DNA of 62,308 bases from Acidimicrobiales bacterium (GTDB lineage: Bacteria; Actinomycetota; Acidimicrobiia; Acidimicrobiales; Bog-793). Position numbers and translations under genes: made by a program. Below, one piece after another: positions 47,058 through 57,129 of the stretch; the first letter of the stretch is position 1; every line of letters starts with the position of its first letter. The notes under the pieces were generated by a model. The model searched no databases. It had not been told where the DNA came from and saw only the letters and a list, made by a program, of their open reading frames with translations. The DNA is taken from contig JBEKCO010000004.1 of assembly GCA_050014835.1 (NCBI GenBank), positions 1 through 62,308 of the forward strand, read 5' to 3'.

Positions 47058-49064
47058 GTGGGAGCCGAACCGCCGAAGATCACCGTCGCCCTGCCCGATG
47101 GTTCGACTCGGGAGCTGCCGCCCGGCTCGACGGCGGGGGACCTCGCCGCGGCTGTCGGCAAGCGGCTCGCCGCGGACGCCGTCGCCGCCGAGGTCGGCGG
47201 GGTCCTTGTCGATCTCGGCACGGAGCTGCACGACGGCGACCCGGTGCGCATCGTGACCGGGGGAGTCGACGAGGGCCGCACCGTCCTGCGGCACTCGACC
47301 GCGCACGTGATGGCGCAGGCCGTCCTCGCGCTGTACCCGGGGGCGCGCTTCGCGATCGGGCCGGCGATCGAGGACGGCTTCTACTACGACTTCGAACTGC
47401 CCGGGAACAAGCGTTTCTCCGACGAGGACCTGCCGGCGATCGACGACGCGATGCGCGCGATCGTCGCGGAGGACCAACCCTTCGTCCGTGAGGTCCGATC
47501 GATCGAGGACGGGCTCGCGCTCTTCGCCGACCAGCCGTTCAAACGCGAGATCATCGAAGGCGTCGCCGCGCCCCGGGGCGGGCTCGACCCGGAGTTCACG
47601 ACCGAGGCCGCCGCGGGCGCCGCCGTCGTGACGACCTACCGCAACAGCCCGAGCTTCATCGACCTGTGCCGCGGGCCGCACGTTCCGCGCACGGGCCGGC
47701 TCGGCCACTTCAAGCTGACCCGCGTCGCCGGCTCGTACTGGCGGGGGGACGAGAAACGCCAACAGCTCCAGCGGATCTACGGCACCGCCTGGGAGTCGGC
47801 GGCGGCACTCGCCGACCACCTCCACCGTCTCGCCGAAGCCGAACGGCGCGACCACCGCAAGCTCGGGCTCGAGCTCGACCTGTTCCACTTCCCGCCGGAG
47901 ATCGGGAGTGGGCTGCCCGTGTTCCATCCGAAGGGCGCGCTCGTTCGCCAGCTGATGGAGGACTTCGCCCTCGCCATGCACCGAGCCCACGGCTACGAGC
48001 AGGTCTGGACGCCCCACATCGCAAAGTCGACGCTCTTCGAGACCTCGGGGCACCTCGGCTGGTACGCCGCGGGCATGTACCCGCCGATGGAGATGGAGGG
48101 CGCGACCTACTACCCCAAGCCGATGAACTGCCCGATGCACATCCTCATCTACAAGGACCGGGCGCGGTCGTACCGCGAGCTCCCGCTGCGGTTCTTCGAA
48201 TTCGGGACCGTCTACCGCTTCGAGCGCTCCGGGGTGCTCCACGGACTCACCCGGGTGCGCTGCATCACCCAGGACGACGCGCACATCTTCTGCGCGCCCG
48301 ACCAGCTCGCCGAGGAGCTCCGCTCGTTGCTCGAATTCGTCCTCGAGGTGCTCCGAGCCTTCGGGCTCACCGAGTTCGAGGCCGAGCTCTCGACCCGCCC
48401 GGAGAAATTCGTCGGCGAGATCGCCGAGTGGGACCAGGCCACCGACGCCCTCCGCAGCGCCCTCGAGTCTTCCGGCATCCCGTACCGCGTAGCCGAGGGG
48501 GAGGGGGCGTTCTACGCGCCCAAGATCGACGTGCACATTCGGGACGCCATCGGCCGGCGCTGGCAGCTGTCGACGCTGCAGGTCGACTTCCAGCTGCCGA
48601 ACCTGTTCGACCTCGGGTTCGTCGGCGCCGACAACGAGCGGCACCGCCCGCGGATGATCCACCGGGCGCTTTTCGGGTCGGTGGAACGATTCTTCGCCAT
48701 TCTCCTCGAGCACTACGCCGGGGCGCTGCCGACGTGGCTCATGCCCGTCCAGGCCCGCGTCCTGCCGGTGCGCGACGCCAACGCCGGTTACGCCGCGTCG
48801 GTCATCGCCCGGCTGCGCGAGTCCGGCTTCCGGGTCGACACCGACGAGGCCACCGAGCCGCTCGGGGCGCGGGTGCGGCGCGCCAAGCTCGAGAAGCTCC
48901 CCTACGTCCTCGTCGTTGGCGACGAGGACGAGGCCGCCGGCTCGGTCGGCGTGAATGCCCGCGGCACCGACCCGGTCGAGCGAGGGATCGGCTTCGAGGC
49001 GTTCCTGGCCCGCCTCGCCGGCGAGGTCGCCCGACGCGGCCGGCCCGAAGACGGCGCGCCGTGA
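47058..49064 (+). CDS. thrS: Threonine--tRNA ligase
   Basis: TGS domain, RHSTAH, DLCRGPH, KPMNCP, IHRALFGS. Confidence 0.98.
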   Translation: MGAEPPKITVALPDGSTRELPPGSTAGDLAAAVGKRLAADAVAAEVGGVLVDLGTELHDGDPVRIVTGGVDEGRTVLRHSTAHVMAQAVLALYPGARFAIGPAIEDGFYYDFELPGNKRFSDEDLPAIDDAMRAIVAEDQPFVREVRSIEDGLALFADQPFKREIIEGVAAPRGGLDPEFTTEAAAGAAVVTTYRNSPSFIDLCRGPHVPRTGRLGHFKLTRVAGSYWRGDEKRQQLQRIYGTAWESAAALADHLHRLAEAERRDHRKLGLELDLFHFPPEIGSGLPVFHPKGALVRQLMEDFALAMHRAHGYEQVWTPHIAKSTLFETSGHLGWYAAGMYPPMEMEGATYYPKPMNCPMHILIYKDRARSYRELPLRFFEFGTVYRFERSGVLHGLTRVRCITQDDAHIFCAPDQLAEELRSLLEFVLEVLRAFGLTEFEAELSTRPEKFVGEIAEWDQATDALRSALESSGIPYRVAEGEGAFYAPKIDVHIRDAIGRRWQLSTLQVDFQLPNLFDLGFVGADNERHRPRMIHRALFGSVERFFAILLEHYAGALPTWLMPVQARVLPVRDANAGYAASVIARLRESGFRVDTDEATEPLGARVRRAKLEKLPYVLVVGDEDEAAGSVGVNARGTDPVERGIGFEAFLARLAGEVARRGRPEDGAP

Positions 49065-49597
49065 CCTTCGACCACCTCTGGGCCGGATGGCGCTCGGCCT
49101 ACGTGACGTCGGTCTCGGGCGCTTTCGGCGAGCCCGAGGACCTCGACGCGCCGCACGAACCGACGACTCCGGAGAACTGCGTGTTCTGCCGGCTCCTCGC
49201 CGCGAAGGCGACCGACGAGCCCTACGTCGTCTACCGCGGGCCGCGCACCGCGGCCATCTTGAACGCCTACCCGTACACGAGCGGCCATCTCCTCGTCCTG
49301 CCGGCACGCCACCTCCACCACCTCGATGAGCTCGACGACGCCGAAGGCGCCGAGTTGTGGGCGACGACGCTCGACGCCACGACGGCGCTGCGGCGCGCCT
49401 ATGAGCCCGACGGCCTCAACCTCGGCGCCAACCTCGGACGCGCCGCGGGGGCGGGACTGCCCGACCACCTGCACCTCCACGTCGTCCCGCGCTGGGTCGG
49501 AGACACGAGCTTCATGACCGCGGTCGCTGCGGTCCGGGTGCTGCCCGAGACGCTCTCCGACAGCTGGAGCCGGATCACCGCGGCATGGCCCCGCTGA
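49061..49597 (+). CDS. HIT family protein (Ap4A phosphorylase-like)
   Basis: LWAGWR, CVFC, NAYPYTSGH, HLHLHVVPRW; conserved position after thrS. Confidence 0.92.
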   Translation: MTFDHLWAGWRSAYVTSVSGAFGEPEDLDAPHEPTTPENCVFCRLLAAKATDEPYVVYRGPRTAAILNAYPYTSGHLLVLPARHLHHLDELDDAEGAELWATTLDATTALRRAYEPDGLNLGANLGRAAGAGLPDHLHLHVVPRWVGDTSFMTAVAAVRVLPETLSDSWSRITAAWPR

Positions 49598-49678
49598 GGC
49601 ACCGCGGTCCCGAACTGAACTCCATCGGCGGATCCGGACCGTGCTGGTAGCGTTGGGAGCGCCGGGGCAGGAGGGGAA

Positions 49679-50527
49679 TTGATCGACGGCCGGCGAGGCA
49701 AGAAGACCGAGGACGGCACCGTCGCGCCCGCCCCCTGGGGGCACCGTTCGATCGGCCAGCACCTCGTCGACGTGGGCGTCGGAGCCGACGCCGTCACGAC
49801 GATCGGAGTCATCCTCGCCGCGGCGACCGCGGTCCTCATCGCCTGTCACTGGTTCATCGTCTCGGTCGCGCTCATCATCGTCGGCGGGCTGATGGATACC
49901 CTCGACGGCCATGTCGCCAAGGTCGCTGGCACCGCCTCGCCCCGCGGGGCGTTCCTCGACTCGGTTGCGGACCGGGTCGGGGATTCGCTGATCTTCGGCG
50001 GCTTGGCCTGGTACTTCATCCGCGCCCACGACGCCAACGCCGCCCTCGTCCCGCTCGCGATCCTCGCGGTGAGCAACCTCGTCTCCTATCAGCGTGCGAA
50101 GGCCGAGTCGCTGGGGTTCTCCGCCCACGGCGGGATGATGGAACGCGCCGAACGCCTCATCTTCCTCGGCGTCACGTTGTTCATCGCCTTCTTCGCTCCC
50201 GCCGCGCTCGTCCCGCTGCTGCTCGCGCTGCTCGCGCTCACCGGCGTCACCTGCATCGGGCGCTTCGTGCGCGTCTGGGGCCAGGCGACGGCGACGGTGC
50301 CGGTCGACCGCGCGCCCCGGGCGCCACGAGCCGCGGGCGCCGGCAGCTGGCGTTCGGCCCGGCGCGCCGATCAATCCCGGCGGGCTCGCCGAGAGCTCGT
50401 GCCGCTTTCGACCCGCCTGCGGGGCGTGTTCGGCGCGAGCGGCGAGCGCGCGACTCACCGGCGCGAACGCGCCGGCCGGCACCGCAGCGAGCGCGCCTTC
50501 GGTCGCCGGCTCGACCGCGACCGCTGA
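49679..50527 (+). CDS. pgsA: Phosphatidylinositol phosphate synthase (CDP-alcohol phosphatidyltransferase)
   Basis: DTLDGHVA..G.FLDSVADR, MERAER; PIM operon context. Confidence 0.9.
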   Translation: MIDGRRGKKTEDGTVAPAPWGHRSIGQHLVDVGVGADAVTTIGVILAAATAVLIACHWFIVSVALIIVGGLMDTLDGHVAKVAGTASPRGAFLDSVADRVGDSLIFGGLAWYFIRAHDANAALVPLAILAVSNLVSYQRAKAESLGFSAHGGMMERAERLIFLGVTLFIAFFAPAALVPLLLALLALTGVTCIGRFVRVWGQATATVPVDRAPRAPRAAGAGSWRSARRADQSRRARRELVPLSTRLRGVFGASGERATHRRERAGRHRSERAFGRRLDRDR

Positions 50528-50558
50528 CAGCCCCGCGGGGCGTCGGGCGCCACCACCC

Positions 50559-51461
50559 ATGAGCCGGGCGCGGACCCGGCTCATCTACCTCGGTTACCGC
50601 GGCGCCGCCGCGTTCCTCCGGGCGATGCCGGGCCCGATCGGACGGGCATGCGTCGGAGGCGTCGCCCTCGTCGCCTGGACGGCCGGACCAGCCCGCCGGG
50701 CCGTCGTCGCGTCGAACCTCCGCCGGGTTCTCGGGCCGGACGCGTCGCCGACGACGCTCCGCCGGACCGTCCGGCGGGCGTACGCCAGCTACGCCGCCTA
50801 CTGGTTCTACGCGTCGCGTCTCGACGCCAGGGATCCCGCCGTCCTCGGTCGGCGCGTCGCCGTGCGTCACCCGGAGCGGCTCATCGGCGCCCTCGCCCGG
50901 GGACACGGGCTGATCATCGTGCTGCCCCACGTCGGCTGCTGGGAGGCGGGGGCGGTGTGGACCGCCTCGCTGGGCTACCCGCTCATGACCGTCGGCGAAG
51001 CGCTCGAACCGCCCGAACTGTTCGACTGGTTCGTCGAGTCTCGCAAACGGGCCGAGCTCACCGTGCTGCCCCCCGGGCCGGCGACGACCGCGCAACTCCT
51101 CCACCACCTGAGGGCCGGCAAGGCGCTCGCCCTCGTCGCCGATCGCGACGTGGTCGGCAGCGGCCTGCGCACGGAGTTCTTCGGCGCCGCGACGAGCGTC
51201 CCCGCGGGCCCGGCGGTGCTCGCTCTGCGCTCCGGCGCGCCGGTGCTTCCCGCCGCCATCTACCTCGAGCCCCGAGGGCGGTTTACGGTCGACTTCTCCC
51301 CGGAGCTCGACACGACACGGACCGGCCAGTTCCGGACCGACGTCGCCCGGCTGACCCGGGACATGGTCGCCGCCTTCGAGCAGCTGATCGCCTCCCGGCC
51401 CGAGCAGTGGCACGTCTTCCAACCGGCCTGGCCGGCGGGAGACGCAGAGGGGGGCGGATGA
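50559..51461 (+). CDS. patA: Phosphatidylinositol mannoside acyltransferase
   Basis: LPHVGCWE, LVADRD, PEQWHVFQ; lies between pgsA and pimA. Confidence 0.88.
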   Translation: MSRARTRLIYLGYRGAAAFLRAMPGPIGRACVGGVALVAWTAGPARRAVVASNLRRVLGPDASPTTLRRTVRRAYASYAAYWFYASRLDARDPAVLGRRVAVRHPERLIGALARGHGLIIVLPHVGCWEAGAVWTASLGYPLMTVGEALEPPELFDWFVESRKRAELTVLPPGPATTAQLLHHLRAGKALALVADRDVVGSGLRTEFFGAATSVPAGPAVLALRSGAPVLPAAIYLEPRGRFTVDFSPELDTTRTGQFRTDVARLTRDMVAAFEQLIASRPEQWHVFQPAWPAGDAEGGG

Positions 51462-52573
51462 GGATCGCGCTCGTCAGTCCTTACGACCTCGCCGTCCCCG
51501 GCGGTGTCCAGGCCCAGGTGCTCGGGCTTGGACGCGCCCTCGTCGCCGCGGGCCACGGGGTCGTCGTCTTGGCGCCCGGGCCGAAAGGGGCCGCCCAACT
51601 CGGCGGCCTCGATGTGGTCGGAGTTGGGCGGTCCTTCGCCGTCCGGGCCAACGGCTCGCTCGCCCCGGTCGCGCCGACTCCCGCAGCGATGCTCCGCACG
51701 CGACTCGCGCTGCGGGACGCCGCGGCCGACGTCGTCCACGTCCACGAACCCCTCGTCCCCGGACCGGCTCTCGCCGCCGCGACAGCGGGCGGCGCCCCGG
51801 TCATCGGGACCTTCCACCGCGCCCGGGCGAGTCGGACGTACGTCGTCTACGGACACGCGCTCCGCCGGGTGGTCCGCGGGCTCGACGACCGCGTCGCCGT
51901 CTCCGCGGTGGCCCGGGCGACGCTGTGGGCCGCCGCCGGGCCGTGCGAGTGCGCGATCCTCGCCAACGCGATCGACCTCGAGCGCTTCGCCGGCGCGGCT
52001 CCCGTCCCGCCGGAGGCGCCGACGGTGCTCTTCGTCGGGCGCCTCGAACCCCGCAAGGGCCTCGCGGTCCTTCTCGAGGCGTACGGCGGGCTCGGCTGCG
52101 ATTCCCGGCTGCGCATCATCGGCGCCGGCCCCGAGGCCGCGACGCTCCGGCGCCGTTACGACCACGATCGGCGGATCTCGTGGCTCGGGCCGGTCTCCGA
52201 CCAGGAGCTCGACCGCGAGCTCTCCGCCGCCCAGGTCCTCGCCGCACCCTCGTTGGGCGGCGAGTCCTTCGGCGTCGTGCTCCTCGAGGCGATGGCGGCG
52301 GGTACCGCGGTCGTCGCCTCGGACATCCCCGGCTACCGGCTCGCCGCCGCCGGAGCGGCGGCCCTCGTCCCGCCGGGTGACGCGGCGGCCCTGCGCCGCG
52401 CACTCGAATCCCTGCTCAGCGACGCCGTCGAGCGCGATCGGCTCGTGGCGGCCGGACGACTCGTCGCGGCCCGGCATTCGTTCGGCGATCTCGCCACGGC
52501 GTACGAGGCCCGCTACGCGGCGTTGCTCGCGACGCCGTCGCGGGGGAGCGCCCGGCGCGGCGCGACCCACTGA
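51458..52573 (+). CDS. pimA: Phosphatidylinositol alpha-mannosyltransferase
   Basis: SPYDLAVPGGVQ, HVHEP, EPRKG, GGESFGVVLLEAM. Confidence 0.88.
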   Translation: MRIALVSPYDLAVPGGVQAQVLGLGRALVAAGHGVVVLAPGPKGAAQLGGLDVVGVGRSFAVRANGSLAPVAPTPAAMLRTRLALRDAAADVVHVHEPLVPGPALAAATAGGAPVIGTFHRARASRTYVVYGHALRRVVRGLDDRVAVSAVARATLWAAAGPCECAILANAIDLERFAGAAPVPPEAPTVLFVGRLEPRKGLAVLLEAYGGLGCDSRLRIIGAGPEAATLRRRYDHDRRISWLGPVSDQELDRELSAAQVLAAPSLGGESFGVVLLEAMAAGTAVVASDIPGYRLAAAGAAALVPPGDAAALRRALESLLSDAVERDRLVAAGRLVAARHSFGDLATAYEARYAALLATPSRGSARRGATH

Positions 52574-52607
52574 TCGGCCCGCCGGGAGCCCGTACAGTGG
52601 GGATGCG

Positions 52608-53516
52608 ATGACCCCCGCCAAGGTGAACTCGACGAGCCGCACCCGCACCCCACGCCCGGCTCCCGAACCGGCCCCGCGGCGCCGGCCCACGCGGGTGGCC
52701 GCGAGCGCGCCTCAGCCGGCTCGCCCCGCCTTCGGGCGGGCGGGGATCGGGATCCTCGCCCGACTCGCGGGCGCCACGCCGCTCGTCCTCGTCGCCGCCG
52801 GCGCGGCGCTCGCCGCCTCGGGCGCGCTCTCCGTCGTCGGCATCGCGCTCGGGGTCGTTCTCGCCGCGTGCGGTGTCGCGCTCCTCCTCGGCGACCTGCA
52901 CTACGCCTCGACGGCGCGTTTGCTCGCCGGCCTGAACGGCCGGCCGGCCGACCCGACCCGGGAGGCGCGACTCGTCAACCTCACGGAGAGCCTCTGTTTC
53001 GGCTTCGGGCTTCCGGCCCCCAACGTCGTCGTCGTCGACGATCCGGCGCCCAACGCCCTCGCGCTCGGCCGTTCCACACGGTCGGCGACGCTCGTCATCA
53101 CGACGGGGGCGCTCGCGATGCTCGACCGCATGCAGCTCGAGGCGATCCTCGCCCACGAGCTCGCCCACGTGAAAAGGGGCGACACGACGGCCGCGGCGGT
53201 CGTGACTCGCGCTTTCGGACTGGTCGCCGCGCACTCCGCGTTTGGCACGCGCTTCGCCCAGCGCGGCGTCGCCGGGGACCGCGAGGCGCTCGCGGATCTC
53301 GCCGCGACCAGCGTGACGCGTTACCCGCCCGCGCTCGCCGACGCGCTCGAAGCCCTCGCCTCGGCGTCGGCGGTGCGCCCGGAGGCGGTGTCCCCGGTCG
53401 TCGCGCGTCTCACGTCATGGCAGTGGTGCGCACCCTTCGACCGTCGATCCACCACGCGCCCGCGACCCGGCGAGCTCGACCTGGCGCTGCGGATCGCCGC
53501 GCTTCGAGAACTGTGA
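52608..53516 (+). CDS. M48 (HtpX-like) membrane zinc metallopeptidase
   Basis: PNALA, ITTG, AHELAH, REALAD, YPPALADAL. Confidence 0.85.
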   Translation: MTPAKVNSTSRTRTPRPAPEPAPRRRPTRVAASAPQPARPAFGRAGIGILARLAGATPLVLVAAGAALAASGALSVVGIALGVVLAACGVALLLGDLHYASTARLLAGLNGRPADPTREARLVNLTESLCFGFGLPAPNVVVVDDPAPNALALGRSTRSATLVITTGALAMLDRMQLEAILAHELAHVKRGDTTAAAVVTRAFGLVAAHSAFGTRFAQRGVAGDREALADLAATSVTRYPPALADALEALASASAVRPEAVSPVVARLTSWQWCAPFDRRSTTRPRPGELDLALRIAALREL

Positions 53517-53575
53517 CGACGACGCCCCGACACCGGGGGCGCGGCGCGCGCTTCGTCCCGGGAAGGGAGTGACCG

Positions 53576-54328
53576 GTGTCAGGCCATTCGAAGTGGGCGA
53601 CGACGAAGCACCAAAAGGGCGCCAAGGACAAGGCGCGCGGCAAGCTGTTCGCCAAGCTCATCCGTCAGGTCGAGGTCGCCGCCCGCGAGGGTGGGAGTGA
53701 CCTCGCCGCGAACGCCAACCTGCGGACGATGTACCAGAAGGCCCGCGATGCGTCGGTGCCGGCCGACACGATCGACCGAGCGATCAAGCGGGGGACCGGC
53801 GAGCTCGAAGGCGTCCACTACGAGTCGGTCTCCTACGAGGGTTACGCGCCCTCGGGCGTCGCGGTGATCGTCGAGTGCCTGACGGACAACCGCAACCGGA
53901 CCGGAGCGGAGATACGTGCCGTCTTCTCCCGCAACGGGGGCTCGATGGCGGAGCCCGGCGCGGTCGCCTGGCAGTTCGAGCGCAAGGGCCTCGTCGCGAT
54001 CCCCCGGGCGACCGACGAGGACACGATCATGGCCGTGGCCCTCGATGCCGGCGCCCAGGATCTGCGCGACGACGGGACCGAGTGGACCGTCGTGTGCGAA
54101 CCGACCGACCTCCACGTCGTCCAGGCCGCGCTGGAAGCCGCCGCGATCCCGATCGACTCGGCCGAGTCGCAGTGGCTGCCGACGACGACGGTCGAGGTGC
54201 CGGAGGCGTCGGGCGCACGCAAGGTCCTCCATCTCCTCGAGCTCCTCGAAGACCACGACGACGTCCAGCTCGTCGCCGCCAACTTCGACATCCCGGACGA
54301 GATCCTCGAGTCGATCGAGGAGTCCTGA
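53576..54328 (+). CDS. yebC: YebC/PmpR family protein
   Basis: MSGHSKWAT, YEGYAP, LTDNRNRT. Confidence 0.96.
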   Translation: MSGHSKWATTKHQKGAKDKARGKLFAKLIRQVEVAAREGGSDLAANANLRTMYQKARDASVPADTIDRAIKRGTGELEGVHYESVSYEGYAPSGVAVIVECLTDNRNRTGAEIRAVFSRNGGSMAEPGAVAWQFERKGLVAIPRATDEDTIMAVALDAGAQDLRDDGTEWTVVCEPTDLHVVQAALEAAAIPIDSAESQWLPTTTVEVPEASGARKVLHLLELLEDHDDVQLVAANFDIPDEILESIEES

Positions 54329-54365
54329 GCCGGCGCACATCCCCCGCGCTCCGAGGGCCGCTCGA

Positions 54366-54386
54366 TAGAATCGAACGCATGTTTGT
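54366..54386 (+). promoter_or_regulatory. -10 element and LexA box over the ruvC start codon
   Basis: TAGAAT (54366-54371) then TCGAAC-GCAT-GTTTGT (54371-54386) containing ATG 54379. Confidence 0.78.
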
Positions 54387-54903
54387 CCTCGGGATCGACC
54401 CCGGACTGTCGCGCTGCGGCTTCGGAGGGGTCGTCAGCGAGCACGGCGATGAGCGCGCCGCCGCCGCCGGCGTCATTACGAGCGACCCGGCCCTACCGGT
54501 TCCGGAACGGCTTGCCGCGCTCCACCGTGAGCTCGACGCCCTTCTGACCGAACTCGCGCCCGACACCGTCGCCGTCGAACGCGTCTTTTTCCAGACCAAC
54601 GTGAAAACGGCGATGGCCGTCGGACAGGCGAGCGGCGTCGCTCTGCTCGTCGCCGCCGAACACGGCTGCCGGGTCGTCGAGTACACCTCGAACGAGGTGA
54701 AGCTGGCGGTCGCGGGCTACGGCGGAGCGGACAAGGCCCAGGTGCAGAGGATGGTGGCGCGCCTTCTCCGGTTGTCGAGCGTGCCCGACCCCCCCGACGT
54801 CGCCGACGCGCTCGCCCTCGCGCTCTGTCACCTCGCGGCGCGCCGGGTCGAGGAACGCGTCGAACCCGCCGCAGACCTCGGGGACCGGATGGCGCGGCGA
54901 TGA
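54379..54903 (+). CDS. ruvC: Holliday junction resolvase
   Basis: LGIDPGL, AVERVFF, EVKLAV.GYG.ADK, DVADALA. Confidence 0.97.
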   Translation: MFVLGIDPGLSRCGFGGVVSEHGDERAAAAGVITSDPALPVPERLAALHRELDALLTELAPDTVAVERVFFQTNVKTAMAVGQASGVALLVAAEHGCRVVEYTSNEVKLAVAGYGGADKAQVQRMVARLLRLSSVPDPPDVADALALALCHLAARRVEERVEPAADLGDRMARR

Positions 54904-55508
54904 TCGGCTCGCTCTCCGGAACGCTCGCCGAGATCGACGCCGGCTCAGAATCTCTCACCTCGATCGTCGTCGACGTGTCCGGCGTCGGCTACGAGGTCGT
55001 CGTCTCGGCCCGCCAGGCCGCCCGGCTCGGACCGGTCGGCTCGGATGTCGGGCTTTCGATCTACACCCACGTGCGTGAGGGCGCGATCACGCTCTTCGGT
55101 TTCGCGGACCGGGCGGAGCGGCGCATGTTCGAGCTCCTCATCGCCGCCCACGGCATCGGCCCCGCGCTCGCGTTGGCGATCCTCGGCGTGCACCCGCCAG
55201 AGCACCTCGCCCAGGCCGTCGCGAGCGGCGACGTCGACGCGCTCGTCCTCGTGCCCGGGGTCGGTCGCAAGACGGCCCAGCGCCTCATCGTCGAGCTCGC
55301 CGGGCGTCTCGGCAGCCTCGAAGCGCTGCCGGGCTCGGCGCCGGCGACGGACGGCACCCGTTCGCCCCGCTCCGAAGTACGCGACGCCCTCGCCGCGCTC
55401 GGCTACGCCCCAGACGAGGTGCGCGCCGCGCTCGGCCACCTGCCACGCGAGGGCACCGTCGAGGAGCTGCTGCGCGCCGCCCTCTTGAGCCTCGCGCCGC
55501 ACCGATGA
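54900..55508 (+). CDS. ruvA: Holliday junction branch migration protein A
   Basis: [23 protein letters not shown]. Confidence 0.97.
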   Translation: MIGSLSGTLAEIDAGSESLTSIVVDVSGVGYEVVVSARQAARLGPVGSDVGLSIYTHVREGAITLFGFADRAERRMFELLIAAHGIGPALALAILGVHPPEHLAQAVASGDVDALVLVPGVGRKTAQRLIVELAGRLGSLEALPGSAPATDGTRSPRSEVRDALAALGYAPDEVRAALGHLPREGTVEELLRAALLSLAPHR

Positions 55509-56602
55509 GCCCGCGGCGCGACATCGCCGTCGACCGCGACGAGCCGTCGCGGCCCGTCGCCCGCTTCACCGACGAACCGGAGGAGGCGCTCGAGGCCGGA
55601 CTGCGCCCCCGGCGGCTCGCCGATTTCGTCGGACAGGTCCGCGTGAAGGAACACCTCGCGATCGTCCTCGAGGCGGCCCGGCGCCGGGGTCAGCCGGTCG
55701 ACCACCTCCTTTTCGCCGGACCGCCGGGACTCGGCAAGACGACTCTCGCCGGCATCGTCGCCGCCGAGATGGGAGCGGGGCTGCGCGTCACCTCCGGCGC
55801 GGCGCTCGTGCGCGGTGGCGACCTCGCCGCGATCCTCACCGGCCTGCAGACCGGCGACGTGCTGTTCATCGACGAGATCCACCGGCTCGCCCCGCCGGTC
55901 GAGGAGATTCTCTATCCGGCGATGGAGGACTTCCAGATCGACATCGTCATCGGCAAGGGGCCGACGGCGCGCTCGGTCCGCCTCGACGTGCCGCGATTCA
56001 CCCTCATCGGGGCGACGACCCGCACCGGCCTCGTCACCGGGCCGTTGCGCGACCGCTTCGGCTTCGTCACCCGGCTCGAGCATTACGCGCCGAGCGAGCT
56101 CGAGGAGATCGTGCGCCGGACCGGGAGGCTCCTCGCGGTGGAGTGCTCGCCCGACGGTGCCGCCGAGATCGCCCGTCGTGCCCGCGGTACGCCGCGGCTC
56201 GCGATCCGGCTTCTGCGCCGCGTGCGCGACTTCGTGGAGGTGCGCGGCAAAGGGGTCATCACCCTCGAGGCGGCCCGGATGGGCTGCGACGTGTTCGGCG
56301 TCGACGAGCAGGGGCTCGATCGTCTCGACCGCCAGATCCTCGAGGTGCTCTGCGTGCGCTTCGCTGGCCGGCCGGTCGGCCTGGCGACGCTCGCCGTGAG
56401 CGTCGGCGAGGAGCCGGAGACGATCGAGGACGTCTACGAGCCGTACCTTTTGCAGGCGGGTTTCGTCGTGCGCACGCCGCGCGGGCGGGTCCCGGCCCCG
56501 GCGGCCTGGTCGCACCTCGGGCTGCCGACGCCGCCGGACGCGACGGATGCCGCGGCAGCGGACGCGCGCGACGAGGAGGACCGGACGCTGTTCGACGCCT
56601 GA
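55505..56602 (+). CDS. ruvB: Holliday junction helicase B
   Basis: [27 protein letters not shown]. Confidence 0.98.
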   Translation: MSPRRDIAVDRDEPSRPVARFTDEPEEALEAGLRPRRLADFVGQVRVKEHLAIVLEAARRRGQPVDHLLFAGPPGLGKTTLAGIVAAEMGAGLRVTSGAALVRGGDLAAILTGLQTGDVLFIDEIHRLAPPVEEILYPAMEDFQIDIVIGKGPTARSVRLDVPRFTLIGATTRTGLVTGPLRDRFGFVTRLEHYAPSELEEIVRRTGRLLAVECSPDGAAEIARRARGTPRLAIRLLRRVRDFVEVRGKGVITLEAARMGCDVFGVDEQGLDRLDRQILEVLCVRFAGRPVGLATLAVSVGEEPETIEDVYEPYLLQAGFVVRTPRGRVPAPAAWSHLGLPTPPDATDAAAADARDEEDRTLFDA

Positions 56603-56691
56603 GCGATCACGTGGCCAAGAGCCCGTAGCTTCCGGCCCCAGGTCCGCGACTACAGTTCGAGGCGCCCTTTCTCCTAGACGCCGGGTGTCCC

Positions 56692-57129
56692 ATGCCGATG
56701 CAAATGGTTCGTGCCCTGCCCGTGCTGCACTCGCTCGTCTTCGCCGCGACGAAGAAGACGAACGGCTCGAGCATCTTCATCTTCCTCCTCCTCATCCTCG
56801 CGGCCGGGGCGTTCTTCTTCATCCGCCCGCAGCGCCGCCGCCAGAAGGACCTGCTGGCCCAGCAGAGCGCCATCTCGGTCGGCGACGAGGTGATCACCGC
56901 CGCGGGCATCGTCGGCCGCGTCCGATCGATGACCGACGACCGGGTGCAAATCGAGGTCGCCCCCGGCACGACGATCGAGATCGTCCGCCGGGCGATCGGC
57001 CAACGCGTCATCCCGCCCGTGGCCCCGTCGTGGGGGGGTCCGACCGGTGGGCAGTGGAACTTCCCGGCGAGCGACGACCCCAACCACCACGACGAGCCTC
57101 CGACCGAGAACACGGGGGGTCACGACTAG
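56692..57129 (+). CDS. yajC: Preprotein translocase subunit YajC
   Basis: TM + IRPQRRRQK, GDEVIT..GIVG; start uncertain. Confidence 0.92.
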   Translation: MPMQMVRALPVLHSLVFAATKKTNGSSIFIFLLLILAAGAFFFIRPQRRRQKDLLAQQSAISVGDEVITAAGIVGRVRSMTDDRVQIEVAPGTTIEIVRRAIGQRVIPPVAPSWGGPTGGQWNFPASDDPNHHDEPPTENTGGHD

